Positions 52,101-64,000 of a stretch of DNA of 64,000 nucleotides are shown in pieces. This DNA comes from Alphaproteobacteria bacterium (GTDB lineage: Bacteria > Pseudomonadota > Alphaproteobacteria > Bin95). The notes under the pieces were generated by a model that worked only from the letters and a program-made list of their open reading frames with translations, did not search any database and was not told the DNA's origin. The stretch covers positions 3,424,001 through 3,488,000 of the forward strand of contig CBDBGH010000003.1 in the NCBI GenBank assembly GCA_965205265.1, in the 5' to 3' direction. Both the position numbers and the translations under genes were made by a program. The stretch's first letter is position 1. The number at the start of each line of letters is the position of its first letter.

Positions 52101-53646
52101 CAGGATCGCCGATGCGAAGGGCGAGCGCCTGGCGCTGCGCTCGCGGCCGGCCTCGGCCAACCTCGCCGAGACCGCCGCCTTCATGGACGGGACCAAGCGC
52201 ATCCTTGTCTTCTCCATGGCCGGCGGCACCGGCAGGAGCTACCACGCCGATCTCTCCTGCGGGAACACCGAACGCCGCATCCACTACCTGCTGGAGCCCG
52301 GCTGGCGCGCCGACCAGGCGATCCAGGGCCTAGGCCGCACCCACCGCACGCACCAGGCCTCCGCCCCGCTGTTCCGCCCCGTCACCACCGACGTCAAGGG
52401 CGAACGCAGGTTCATCGCCACCATCGCAAGGCGGCTCGACAGCCTCGGCGCCATCACGCGGGGCCAGCGGGATTCCCAGACCGCCATGGGCGGCCGCGAT
52501 GCGGCGCTGTTCCGCGAGAGCGACAACCTGGAGAGCGTCTACGCCCGCGCTGCGCTGCGTCAGTTCTACGGCGCGCTCTGGCGCGGCGTCATCGACGACT
52601 GGACCTTGGAGCGCTTCGAGACCGCCACCGGCCTCAGGCTCACCTGGGAAGGCGGCCTCAAGGACAACCTGCCGCCGATGCCGACGTTCCTCAATCGGCT
52701 GCTGGCGCTTCCCATCGCCGAGCAGAACCAACTCTTCGCCGAACTGGAGGACCGCATCGCCGCCAACATCGAGCAGGCCATCGAGGCCGGCACCCATGAG
52801 GTCGGCGTCGAGACCGTCACCGCCGATTCGCTCATCGTCGCCGGGCGCGAGACCCTCCACGCGCATCCCGGCGCCGGCGCGGCGACCGAACTCGTCGAGA
52901 TCGTCCGTTGCGACCGGCTGGCGCCGCTCGCCGCCGAGGCCGCGCTGGAGATCGGCGAACGCGATCCCGGCCCCGACGGGAAGCCGCGCCTCGCCGTCAA
53001 TGCCCGCTCCGGGCGCGCCGCCGTCCTCCTGCCGGCGCCCTCGCGCCTGTTCGACGACGGCGGCGTCCAGGAACGGGTCCGCCTGATCCGGCCCGCCGCA
53101 GCTGAGACCATGGCCCGGGCCGAACTCGACGCCTCCCGTTGGCGCCGCGCCGACGAGGCCAGGTGGCGCGCTGTGTGGGACGCCGAGATCGCCGGCCTGC
53201 CGTCGCACCGGGACTCGCGCTTCTGGCTCGCCACCGGCCTGCTGCTGCCGGTCTGGGACCGCCTGCCGGCCGACAACATGCGCGTGCGCCGGCTCACCGC
53301 CGACTGCGGCGCGGCCATCATCGGCCGCGTGCTCGACGCCGAACAGGTCCGCGCCGTGCGGCTGAGCTTCGGCCTCGGCGGCGGTCCCGCCATGACCGGC
53401 GCCGAAGCCTTCGAGGCGGTCATGGGACGCGGCAACGCCCTCGCCCTCGCCAATGGTTGGCGGCTCGCCCGCCGGAGGATCATGGGCGCCGACCGCATCG
53501 AGGTCGAGGGGCCGGACGACACCGACGTGGACACGCTGAAGCGCATGGGCTGCACGGTGGAGATCGTCTCCTTCCGCGCCCGCATCTTCGCGCCCACGGC
53601 GGAGGCGCTCGAACGCATCCTCGAACGCTGGCCGCTCGCCGCCTGA
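49171..53646 (+). CDS. Methyltransferase-strawberry notch (SF2 helicase-like) fusion protein
   Basis: QQFSTP, VLEPSAGTG, MNPPF; LSDAQLE, GDGTGCGKGR, FDEAH, YVSATGA, EVTGR, GTGRSYHA, QGLGRTHR. Confidence 0.9.
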   Translation: MLDARPAPDALARPPLAANPIDRPAARPVRGDATLAAAQALLPVLEAGTPLDAATLRETMTAAFGATDAAGGWVWKDAWEAAEAAVVLFLRRHGRAMRRHAGPGPDGPHRMLAMLEAVAALEPSHTRRSEEQVRLQQFSTPLPLAWAVLQAAAVGPGDVVLEPSAGTGMLAVMAECALRGRAAGALHLNEVAATRARLLAGLFPHAPVTAFNAEAIADRLRGVRPTVVLMNPPFSATPGVARINHGADLRHVRSAASMLPPGGRLVAITSARCVLGDAVGRLDPPARCIFTMAIDGRAYARRGTGFDTRLSVLERGAGPAIHLDGTARAANAAELLDAVIAGVPSRLYMAPPPVPACPARDLFGKPAVAKPATRRGPKPASTPETRQSHDWGPVSELAVETDPVEPAADAPANDAGPWAPWRPGVVRMAGAVAHPTPLVQSAAMAAVPHPVPTYRPMLPDRVVTEGLLSDAQLESVVLAGEAHAPHLAADYRIGSGWETVHRCREDGGDDREEVVTSEGEPLSAPVRFRRGWMLGDGTGCGKGRQVAAIILDNRLRGRKKALWLSQSDKLLEDARRDWTALGGLESDVIPLGSFRQGMEIPLDAGILFATYATLRSPSRQGKPSRLDQIVAWLAGSLDEEDRHGFDGVVVFDEAHAMANAAGSKGERGETKPSQQGRAGLRLQNALPDARIAYVSATGATTVPGLAYAGRLGLWAAGETPFETRAAFVSAMEAGGVAAMEVVARDLKALGLYQARALAYDGIEVDILEHPLTPEQRRIWDAYAGAFKVIQANIEEALTATGIVQGGDTLNRNAKGAALSAFEATKQRFFGHLLTGMKCPSLIRAVEADLDAGRSAVVQLVSTGEALMERRIAEVPASEWDDLNIDLTPRDAILAYLMHAFPVQLQEPFTDDGGNLLSRPATDTQGNPVICKEAEERRDALIGKLAALPPVPTALDRIVQHFGHEAVAEVTGRSRRVLRIADAKGERLALRSRPASANLAETAAFMDGTKRILVFSMAGGTGRSYHADLSCGNTERRIHYLLEPGWRADQAIQGLGRTHRTHQASAPLFRPVTTDVKGERRFIATIARRLDSLGAITRGQRDSQTAMGGRDAALFRESDNLESVYARAALRQFYGALWRGVIDDWTLERFETATGLRLTWEGGLKDNLPPMPTFLNRLLALPIAEQNQLFAELEDRIAANIEQAIEAGTHEVGVETVTADSLIVAGRETLHAHPGAGAATELVEIVRCDRLAPLAAEAALEIGERDPGPDGKPRLAVNARSGRAAVLLPAPSRLFDDGGVQERVRLIRPAAAETMARAELDASRWRRADEARWRAVWDAEIAGLPSHRDSRFWLATGLLLPVWDRLPADNMRVRRLTADCGAAIIGRVLDAEQVRAVRLSFGLGGGPAMTGAEAFEAVMGRGNALALANGWRLARRRIMGADRIEVEGPDDTDVDTLKRMGCTVEIVSFRARIFAPTAEALERILERWPLAA

Positions 53647-53753
53647 GCGGCCCGTGTGTTACCCATGGCCGGCCCGGCGCCCGCTGTCATGACGCCGTCG
53701 GCGCATCGAGGTCCGTACCGCCGGCCCCGATTCCACGGACAAGGAGCACCTTC

Positions 53754-54023
53754 ATGACCGCGCAGACCCTGCCCGACGAACCCGACTTCTGCTTCGTCCC
53801 GGCCTGGGACGTCGAAACCGACGTGCAGCAGATCCGCATCGTCATCGAGGGGCTGGCCGGCCATGTGCCGACCGCCCTGATCGCGTTGAACCTCGACGAT
53901 GCGCTGAACATCTGCGACAAGCTCAACCGCCGCCTCGGCCACGACCGCGAGGCCTGGACCGCCATGGCCGCCGCCTCCATGCAGGCCGAGGACGACGATC
54001 CCGGGGGCGGCGCATCGCACTGA
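53754..54023 (+). CDS. Hypothetical protein
   Basis: AAGGAG RBS; co-oriented. Confidence 0.6.
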   Translation: MTAQTLPDEPDFCFVPAWDVETDVQQIRIVIEGLAGHVPTALIALNLDDALNICDKLNRRLGHDREAWTAMAAASMQAEDDDPGGGASH

Positions 54024-54138
54024 GCCGTTCCCCTGCTGCGCAGCCGGCCCGCGGGCGGCGGCTTGCCGATCATCTACACAAATGCTATATCTCGAAACTG
54101 ACCCAACACCCCGTGCCTTGCGCAAGAAGGAGACCGTC

Positions 54139-54396
54139 ATGCCCCAGGTGAACTTCCGCACGTCCAGCGAGCGCCTGACCGTCATCGACCGCGCGGCGGC
54201 GATTCGGGGGGTCAGCCGCACCGAGTTCGTGCTGCGCTCCAGCGAGGCGGCGGCGATCGAGGTCCTGAACGAGCGCCCGGTCATCGCCCTCGACGACGAG
54301 GCCTGGGACGACTTCGTCGCCGCGCTCGACGCGCCGGTGGAGGTCGACCCCGCCGTGAAGGCGCGCTACGCGCGCAAGCCCCTGTGGGACCGCTAG
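54139..54396 (+). CDS. DUF1778 RHH antitoxin
   Basis: VNFR...IDRAAAIRGVSRTEFVL...I.LDDEAWDDFVAALDAP; overlaps the GNAT gene. Confidence 0.88.
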   Translation: MPQVNFRTSSERLTVIDRAAAIRGVSRTEFVLRSSEAAAIEVLNERPVIALDDEAWDDFVAALDAPVEVDPAVKARYARKPLWDR

Positions 54397-54887
54397 GCCC
54401 GCCTGAGCCGCTCGCGCCCCGCCACGACATCTCGCAGTTCTCCTCGGGGGTCCCCACCCTCGACGCTTGGCTGCACGGCAAGGCGCGGCTGAACGAGGCC
54501 AGGGGCGGCGCGCGCACCTATGTGGCCTGCGACGGCGACCGCGTGGCCGGCTTCTACAGCCTCGCCGCCAGTTCCGCCGAACGGCGGCGGCTGTCGTCCC
54601 GGGTCGGCCGGAACATGCCCGACCCGGTCCCGGTCATCCTGCTGGGGCAGCTTGCGGTCGACGAGGCCTGGCGGGGCCGGGGTCTCGGCTCCGACCTCCT
54701 GGTCGACGCCGCGAGACGCGCGCTCGCTGCCGCCGGCGTGGTCGGCGCCCGCGCTGTCGTCGTGCAGGCCATCGACGATCGCGCCCGGGCCTTCTACGAA
54801 AGGTTCGGCTTCCATCCGTTCTCCGAGCGTGAGCCGCTCATGCTGGTGCTGCGCATGTCCGAGATCGACCGGCTCCTGGCGCCCTGA
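54384..54887 (+). CDS. GNAT acetyltransferase toxin
   Basis: HD...FSSG..TLD.WL, GFYSLAA, PVPVILLGQLAVD...GRGLGSDLL, ARAFYERFGF. Confidence 0.9.
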   Translation: MGPLGPPEPLAPRHDISQFSSGVPTLDAWLHGKARLNEARGGARTYVACDGDRVAGFYSLAASSAERRRLSSRVGRNMPDPVPVILLGQLAVDEAWRGRGLGSDLLVDAARRALAAAGVVGARAVVVQAIDDRARAFYERFGFHPFSEREPLMLVLRMSEIDRLLAP

Positions 54888-55314
54888 GCTGCGCAGCCGG
54901 CCCGTCGCCGCCCTCTCGGCCGCGCGGGCCAGGACCAGGCGATCCGGACGGGCAAGCTGAACAGTACCTCCCATATCGCCGCGGCCACCGGCCCGAACAC
55001 GCCGGCGGACACCGCCGCCGGAACCGTCAGGGCGCCGAGGCCGCTTCCCGCCGCCCGGTCCGCGCGCCGGTAGCCGGACCGACACAGGCGCCGGCCGCCA
55101 GGGGCTGACGGCAAACCGCGGGGCGCGGCCGGCGCAAGCGGTCCCGGGGCCGCCAACCGCTCTCTGGGACTCCGAACGCCGCATGGGACGGACCGAACCG
55201 GGTCGCAGCCGCAGAGCCGGAGAGGAGCGCCTGTCGGGCGAGTGTCCGGCAGGCCGGAGAGAGTGGTCTTTCCGCGCCGATGCCGGGCCGGGCAACGGCA
55301 GAGGAGACCCCGCC

Positions 55315-55524
55315 ATGTTCCATCCCGACCATTCCCTCGACGATCAGACCGGCGAACTGCTCGCCGAGCTTGGCATCCCGTCCGCCTGCGTGCGCGAAGT
55401 GATCGCCGAGGACCGGGCGCTGCGCTGCGCCGACCGCGAGGCGGTGTTTCCCGAACGGCGCATCGCGGACCTCTTCCCGGCTCCCGCGCCCGCCCCGGCC
55501 TGCCGGAGGTGGAGGAGGGCTTGA
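55315..55524 (+). CDS. Small hypothetical protein upstream of ssb
   Basis: GAGGAG RBS; similar to 5915-6058. Confidence 0.55.
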   Translation: MFHPDHSLDDQTGELLAELGIPSACVREVIAEDRALRCADREAVFPERRIADLFPAPAPAPACRRWRRA

Positions 55525-55616
55525 GGAGATCGAACGGTCGGGGGGTCGGGAGAGTGACCCCGGCCCCGGCCGTTCGCAAGCAAACGTCAGCAACCAGCCT
55601 TGCAAGGAGATTCTCC

Positions 55617-56063
55617 ATGGCATTCGGTCTCAACCGCGCCGAACTGATCGGCCGCCTCGGCGCCGACGTCGCCGTCAATCACCTCCAGAGCGGCGGCCGC
55701 GTCGCCAATCTGAGCATCGCCACCGACGAGTCCTACATCGACGCCAAGACCGGCGAGCGGGTCGACCGCACCGAGTGGCACCGCATCGTCACCTTCCAGG
55801 ACGGCCTGATCGACATGCTGGTCAGGCACGCGGTCAAGGGCCGTCTGGTCTACGTCGCCGGCAAGCTCCAGACCCGGCGCTGGAAGAAGGAGGGCGAGGA
55901 CTCCGACCGCTTCTCCACCGAGATCCTGCTGGTCCCGGGCGGCCGCGTCCAGTTCCTCGACAAGGCCAACGGCTCCCGGCCGCAGCCCGACCCGGACATG
56001 GCGGGCGACGCCGCTCCGGTTGCGGCGCCCGCCGACATGGACGGCGACCGGATTCCGTTCTGA
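55617..56063 (+). CDS. ssb: Single-stranded DNA-binding protein
   Basis: Near-identical motifs to 5374-5811; tail DRIPF; AAGGAG RBS. Confidence 0.95.
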   Translation: MAFGLNRAELIGRLGADVAVNHLQSGGRVANLSIATDESYIDAKTGERVDRTEWHRIVTFQDGLIDMLVRHAVKGRLVYVAGKLQTRRWKKEGEDSDRFSTEILLVPGGRVQFLDKANGSRPQPDPDMAGDAAPVAAPADMDGDRIPF

Positions 56064-56089
56064 TCGGCGTCATGCTTCCTCCCCGGCCT

Positions 56090-56118
56090 GGCCGGCGCTT
56101 CGGCGCCGGTCTTTTTTT
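56090..56118 (+). terminator. Intrinsic terminator after ssb
   Basis: GGCCGGCGC-TTCG-GCGCCGGTC followed by T7. Confidence 0.8.
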
Positions 56119-56293
56119 GCTGCCGGTCCGGAGGCGTCCCCGGTTCCATGGCGCGTCCGCGCTTCGCGCGGCGCGCGCCTTCTCCGGCGCCGGCCGGAGG
56201 CGGAGGCCGGCCGGTATCGGGCGTTCCGTTCCCATGCAGGAGTCCCGCCATGCCCGATGACAGGTTCCGCCGCCGTCCCGCCGGGGGCCGGCC

Positions 56294-57268
56294 ATGAACG
56301 CCGGCGCCCTCGCCGCCGCGCTCGCGGCGCGCGCCGAGGCGGTCTGCCGCCACTATTTGCCCCACGGCCGTCGCCAGGGCCGCTACTGGATCTGCGGCGA
56401 TCTCGACGGCGCCCGCGGGCGCTCCCTCTTCGTCCGCCTTTCCGGCCCCGGCAAGCCGGGCGGCTGGACGGATGCCGCCACCGGCGAGCACGGCGACCTG
56501 CTCGACATCATCCGCCACCGCTCCCGCGCGCCGACGCTGCGCGCGGCGCTCGACGAGGCGCGGCGCTTCCTCGCCTTGCCGGCTGCGCCGGCAACGGCAT
56601 CGGACGACCCCTGGGACGCCACCGAGGCGGCGCGCCGCCTGTGGCGCGGCTGCCGCGCCCTCGACGGCAGTCACGCCGAGCGCTATCTCCACGCCCGCGG
56701 GCTCGGCCGCTGCCGCTTCGCGGCGCTGCGCTTCCACCCGGCCCTTCGCTACCGCGAAGGCGCCTCGGTGCGCCGCCTCCCGGCGCTGGTCGCCGCCGTC
56801 ACCGGCGGCGACGGCCGGCTCTTCGGCGTCCAGCGCACCTGGCTCGATCCGTTCCAACCCGCCAAGGCGGGGGTCGCGCATCCGCGCAAGGCGCTCGGCC
56901 GCATCCACGGCCTCGCGGTGCGCTTCGGCGTTCCCGCCGACGACGCTGCGCTCGTCGTCGGCGAGGGCATCGAGACCGTGCTCTCGCTGGTCGCCGCCGT
57001 GCCGGAAATCCGCGCCGCGGCAGCGCTCTCGGCCGGCAGCCTCGGCGCATTCGCGCCTCCGCCCGGCCTCGCCCGGCTGGTGATCGCGCGCGACAACGAC
57101 GAGGAGGGCGCGCGCGCCGCCGAACGCCTCGCCCGGCGCTCCGCGCGGGCCGGCGTCGCCGCCACGGTGATCGTCCCTCAGGGCAACGACTTCAACGACG
57201 ACCTGGTCGCGCTCGGCGCGGCGGCGCTGCGCGCCCGCCTCGCGCCCCTGTTCCGCGCCGGCGCCTGA
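56294..57268 (+). CDS. Toprim-domain primase-like protein
   Basis: HYLP.GRRQGRYW, WTDAATGEHGDLLD, YL.ARG, QRTWL, VGEGIET, IARDND, DFND. Confidence 0.85.
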   Translation: MNAGALAAALAARAEAVCRHYLPHGRRQGRYWICGDLDGARGRSLFVRLSGPGKPGGWTDAATGEHGDLLDIIRHRSRAPTLRAALDEARRFLALPAAPATASDDPWDATEAARRLWRGCRALDGSHAERYLHARGLGRCRFAALRFHPALRYREGASVRRLPALVAAVTGGDGRLFGVQRTWLDPFQPAKAGVAHPRKALGRIHGLAVRFGVPADDAALVVGEGIETVLSLVAAVPEIRAAAALSAGSLGAFAPPPGLARLVIARDNDEEGARAAERLARRSARAGVAATVIVPQGNDFNDDLVALGAAALRARLAPLFRAGA

Positions 57269-57336
57269 CCCAGTCCGGGGAGGGAGAGGAAAGCGGAGGC
57301 CGGGCAAGCCGCCCCGAAGAGAGGAGGAGGGAGATC

Positions 57337-57672
57337 ATGAGTTCCGTCATCAACCTGAAGCACGCGCCCACGCTGCGCGCGCTGCTCGCCCGCCATCCGG
57401 TGCAGGACGCCGCCGTCCTGATCGACCGCCGCACGCCCTGGGGCAATCCGTTCCGGATCGGCCCCGGCCAGGACCGCGCCCGGGCGACCGCGCGCTACCG
57501 CGCCGATCTCTGGCGGCGCATCCGCGCCGGCGAGATCGATCTGGAGGCGCTGGCCGCGCTGCATGGCCGCCGCCTCGCCTGCTGGTGCGCGCCGCTGCCC
57601 TGTCACGGCCATGTGCTGGCCCGTGCCGCGGCCTGGGCGGCGCGGCAGCTGGCGGACGGGGGCGCGTCATGA
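57337..57672 (+). CDS. DUF4326 family protein
   Basis: IDRRTPWGNPF...LACWCAPLPCHGHVL. Confidence 0.85.
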   Translation: MSSVINLKHAPTLRALLARHPVQDAAVLIDRRTPWGNPFRIGPGQDRARATARYRADLWRRIRAGEIDLEALAALHGRRLACWCAPLPCHGHVLARAAAWAARQLADGGAS

Positions 57673-57896
57673 GTGCCATCGCCTTCCGCCGTATCGCACC
57701 GGACGTGGCGCGCGTCTACTGCGACGGCGACCATGTCGGCGACGTCTGCGCCCGCGACGATCCGCTGCGCGAGGGCGCGCGGTATTACGTCATCCATCTC
57801 GACGAGGATCCGCGCGGTCCCTGCCGCGTCCATGACCGCGACCGCATCCGCGAGGTGGCCAGGCAGCGGATCCTCTCGCATCCGCTGTGGGGGTGA
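57669..57896 (+). CDS. Small conserved hypothetical protein
   Basis: ATGA overlap; paralog of 4921-5148. Confidence 0.75.
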   Translation: MSAIAFRRIAPDVARVYCDGDHVGDVCARDDPLREGARYYVIHLDEDPRGPCRVHDRDRIREVARQRILSHPLWG

Positions 57897-59038
57897 ACCG
57901 CTGTCCATCGGCGCCCCATCGAACGGTGCGGGGATCGTCCGGGCGATGCCTCCGGTCGCTGGCGCTCCCTGCGCGCTTCGCTTGCACGGCCGGCCGCCAG
58001 GTCCGGGAGCACTCCCGGAGGCCGTGCCGGGCCGCACCGCCCAAGGGGTCCGTGCGTGTTGAAACAGATACGCACCCTGCTGTGATGTCCCATTGTGCCA
58101 CACGTGCTCACTCCACCAACCCGCTGCGCGGGTCCTCCGCTCCGCTCCGGCCGGGACTCGCAATGAAACGGCGCTCGCGCGCCTAGGCCCGATGGCGCGC
58201 GCGACCGTGGCTCCGCGCTCGCTGCGCTCGCTTGTGCGCCCGCACCATCGCGCACCCCATCGGGCCATTCATTCCGGTCCCGGTGGTTCCGCTGCGCGCG
58301 CGTGACCCAACAGGACACCACACCGGGGATCGGCCCCGGACGTGAAACCGATCAAGGAGATCGACATGAACACCATCATCGACACCATCGAGAGCACCGC
58401 GCACTCCGTCACCGCAACCGTCTGCGAAAACGCGGCGCTCTACGGCGCCACCCCCGAGCGCGACGAGTTCGATACCCGCGCCATCTGGGACCAGGACGGC
58501 GCCATCGATGCCGTCGCCGAAGCCTTCCGCGTCATCGCCGCCGACGTCTGCCCCGACGGCTTCCAGCTCGCCGACGAGCGCGAGAGCCTGCTCTGGGGCT
58601 TCGTCAACATGCTCCACGCCCAGACACAGCGCATCGAGCGCTCCGTCGACAGGCTCACCCCCGAACTCCGCGACCTCCAGCGCGAACAGGACGGCTCCGA
58701 GATCAAGTCCCGCGAACTCGAACTCGTCACCGACCGCGCACAGAACCTCGGAGACCGACGCGACGCCTTCGAGACCCTATAGCGCGACAATCTGGGTGAG
58801 AGCCGCGCGTCAATCAGGATGAGATTCCCCGGCGGCATCGGCGAGTTGATGATTGTCGCGCGGGGCGCGGATTGCAAGCGGTTTCGGATTTTGATTGTCG
58901 CGGCGCGACAAACAAGGTTTTCGGAGAGCGTTTTGATTGTCGCGGGGGGGCCGTCGGGTCGGAGAAGAGACGGCCCGCGGAGGCGATTCCCGCGGGCCGT
59001 GAGTGTTGTGGCCGCTGGGCCGATCTGGCGGCAGCGGT

Positions 59039-61386
<2,348 letters not shown>

Positions 61387-62448
61387 CTACTCGGAAAAAC
61401 GTCACCGTTCGCCCAGCCGACCGACCCCGCCAGAAGGTCCAGGAAAAATTTTTTGAGGCGGCGGCCCGGAACTCCGGTCGGGCTACGCCCTCCCTCCGTT
61501 CCGGGCCGCCGCCTTCCCCCGTCTCATCCTGATTGTCGCCAGCGTCTCAAGCTGATTGTCGCGCCGCAAGACCCTGCGCGACGCCGCCGCCGACGCCTAC
61601 CGCGACGCCACCGGCGAGGTCTGGCGCCCCCGGCGCGGCAGCCACGTCTCCGAAACCGGCAAGCTGACCTCCGCCAGCATCGACGCCCGCGACTTCATCC
61701 GCGCCCGCAAGGACCGCAAGACCGCCGCCCACCTGCCGCAGGGCACCCTCGTCGCCATCGCCGGCGGCAGGGACATCGCCGACCCCGCCGCCGTCATCGC
61801 ACGCCTCGACCAGGCCCGCGCCAAGTACGCCGACATCGTCCTCGTCCACGGCGGCGGCCCCGGCGTCGAGAAGATCGCCGCAGGCTGGGCCGAGCGGAAC
61901 GGCGTCCACCAGGTCGTCTGCAAGCCCGACTGGGACCGCCACGGGCGCGCCGCACCCTTCCGCCGCAACGACGAACTCCTCAACCTCCTGCCCAAGGGCG
62001 TCATCGCCTTCCCCGGCTCCGGCATCACCGAGAACCTCGTCGACAAGGCGCGCCAGCTCGGCATCCCGGTCATGCGCTGCGCCGCCTAATCCGCAACACT
62101 CTCGCGGGCCGCACCGTCGCTCCGGCGGCAGTGCGGCCCGTTTCCGCGTGCGCACACCGGTCGCTGCAACGCCATCCTCGCGCGCGCTCCGCGCCGCGCT
62201 CGGGCTCCGCATCCGCGTCACCCGACGCTGCACCATGCCGCGCATGAGTGCACCGGCCACTGCGCCGAACCCGGCGCACTGCCGCCCGCGCGCCCTCGCA
62301 TCATGCTCCGCATGAATGCTCCGGACGCCGCGCCCGACGCCGCCGCTCACACGCCGCGGCGGCTTCCCTCCGCCGCTCTCGCCGGCGTCGATTCCCCCAT
62401 CGTCAATGCCGCAGACTCAGCCGTCCCGACCGCCCGGGGCGGCCTCGG

Positions 62449-62476
62449 TTCGTCACACCCGACGCATCTGTGATGC
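62449..62476 (-). promoter_or_regulatory. Candidate MOBF-type oriT (predicted nick between 62455 and 62454)
   Basis: Minus strand GCATC-ACA-GATGC-GTCGGGTGT/GACGAA fits hairpin-TGCGTNNNGTGT; homologous to 3124-3160. Confidence 0.65.
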
Positions 62477-62680
62477 CTTTTCGCCTTCCGGTTGGCGTTG
62501 CGGGAGGTTGCCGGGGAACCCTTGTTTTGCAACGGTTTCCGGTCTTCCCGCCTGCCGCTTCCTTGTCCTCCTGCCCGCGAGCCCGGGGCCCTGTCCAGGA
62601 CACGTTGTGGCATGTCCTGCGGGTCGGGTCCACCCGTCCCGGACGCTCGGCCCCTTCCGGCGCGCCGCGGCCGGGTTCGT

Positions 62681-63955
62681 TCAGAACTGGCGCACGAAGC
62701 TGAGTTCGGCGCGGTTGCGCCGGTAGTCGAGGGCCTGGGCGTTGGTCTTGCGCTGCTCGCGGATGAGGGAGAGGCGGGGGCTGAAGCCGAGCACGGTCAC
62801 GGCGCGGTTGTGGACCGAGACCGAGAGGGTCCGCGTGTCGTCCCGGCGCGGCTTGCGGTCGATGGTGCGGTGGGCGGCGCCGCCGCCCTCATAGTCGGTG
62901 CGCTGCAGGGCGGCGCGCAGGCCGAGCGTGAAGCCGGCCGGCAGCGCCAGCGTGGCGCCGAGGCTCGCCCGCGGGCCGCTGTTGCGCCAGTGTTCGGCCC
63001 TGGCGCGGGCCCAGCTCCAGCCGGCATTGCCGCCGAGGCGCAGGATGGTCAGCGCGGCCCAGTTGGCGCCGAGCGAGACGTCGCCCACCGGGCCGTCGAG
63101 CCAGTCGCAGCCGCGGCAGTTGCGCCGGGCGGCGCCGGCGCGGGCGAAGAGCGCGAGGCGCGGCGTCAGCAGATGCTCGCCTTCGAGGCGCAGGCCGACG
63201 CTGTCGGTCTCGGGCCGGCCGGCGGTCCATTGCCGGTCCGCGGTCGCCAGCAGGCTCGCTTCGGTGCGGGCGTCGATCAGCCAGCGCGGGCCGACATGGG
63301 CGGCAAGGAAATGCCGGTCGAACTCCCCGCCCCTGTATTCCCGGACGCTGGCGTCCGCCCCGGCGCGCAGGCGCAGGCGGTCGTTCAGCGGATGCTGGTA
63401 TTCGCCGCCGCCCCAGAAGGAGACGCCGAGGCCGGATTCGGGCTTCGCGGGATCGTCCAGGGTGAAAGGCAGCCGGCCGAACGGGGTGTCGAGGAAGACC
63501 GTGCGCTCGCCCGAGGCGGCGTTGAGGTTGCTGTCCGGGACGATGGCCGCCCCGAACCACGCCTCCCAGCGCCGCCGCGCGCGGATGATGTCGAGGAAGC
63601 GCCGGATGTTGGCGGCGACCGCCGGGGGCACGTCGCCCGCCAGCACCTGCTCGAAATGCCGCCGCGCCAGCGTGTCCTCCTCCTTCAGGAAGAAGGCGCG
63701 GGCGAGTTCGAGACGCACCCGCACCAGCTCCGGGCGGTCCACCAGGATGGCCCGGAAGGCGGCGACCGCCTCGTCGAGCCTGCCCTCGCGGGCTTCCCGG
63801 TCCGGTGCGGCATCGGCGGCGGCAAGCGCCTCCATCCCGGCCCGGAAGCGCATGTCGGTCGCATCCTGGCCCAGGGCGGGGCGCGCGACGGGCGCCGCAA
63901 CAAGCAGGACCGACAGCCCCGCCAGCACGGGAACAAGGAACCGGAAAGGTCTCAT
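62681..63955 (-). CDS. Slam (DUF560) surface lipoprotein translocon, TPR plus beta-barrel
   Basis: Signal peptide; RVRLELARAFF..ARRHFEQVLA..VAANIRRFL; PDSNLN; alternating beta-strands; C-terminal F (FVRQF). Confidence 0.85.
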   Translation of the reverse strand: MRPFRFLVPVLAGLSVLLVAAPVARPALGQDATDMRFRAGMEALAAADAAPDREAREGRLDEAVAAFRAILVDRPELVRVRLELARAFFLKEEDTLARRHFEQVLAGDVPPAVAANIRRFLDIIRARRRWEAWFGAAIVPDSNLNAASGERTVFLDTPFGRLPFTLDDPAKPESGLGVSFWGGGEYQHPLNDRLRLRAGADASVREYRGGEFDRHFLAAHVGPRWLIDARTEASLLATADRQWTAGRPETDSVGLRLEGEHLLTPRLALFARAGAARRNCRGCDWLDGPVGDVSLGANWAALTILRLGGNAGWSWARARAEHWRNSGPRASLGATLALPAGFTLGLRAALQRTDYEGGGAAHRTIDRKPRRDDTRTLSVSVHNRAVTVLGFSPRLSLIREQRKTNAQALDYRRNRAELSFVRQF

Positions 63956-64000
63956 CGCGTCTGTCGCATCGCTTGCCGTCCGGGCTCCCGATCGAAAAAG

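Noticed and set aside
49024-52284. 1086-aa minus-strand ORF
   Set aside because: Shadow of the strawberry-notch gene
54890-55200. Hydrophobic minus-strand peptide between the GNAT toxin and the ssb cassette
   Set aside because: No convincing start or motif

Overview
High-GC window that appears to be entirely mobile DNA: two related integrative conjugative/mobilisable elements in tandem, meeting at a tRNA-Met(CAT) 3'-half att fragment (18457-18501). Element A (1-18501) has the C-terminal helicase half of a MOBF relaxase, an RHH protein and a candidate oriT (~3124-3160). It also has a minus-strand leading region (DUF2493, ssb, a five-unit CxxC zinc-ribbon repeat gene interrupted by an internally deleted RIT element, a TbpB-like surface lipoprotein), nested IS1380/ISAs1 elements, a VapBC pair and a large serine recombinase. 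Element B (18457 to beyond 64000) has a tyrosine integrase and a lower-GC cargo block (metallophosphoesterase plus an IS21-split HSP90-like GHKL ATPase, a membrane protein and a type II RM system). It continues with an IS cluster, a 25-kb plus-strand leading region (AAA/VWA module, ParB, GHKL ATPase, RadC, HEPN-like protein, MTase-strawberry-notch helicase, GNAT TA pair, ssb, toprim, DUF4326, IS21-split DUF2493), a second candidate oriT (~62449-62476) and a Slam/DUF560 translocon. The best candidates for undescribed biology are the phosphoesterase + HSP90-like ATPase pair, the zinc-ribbon repeat protein with its mini-RIT, conserved non-coding leaders in both leading regions, and the lipoprotein/Slam pair. 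All family calls come from motif recognition by eye; no database searches were run.
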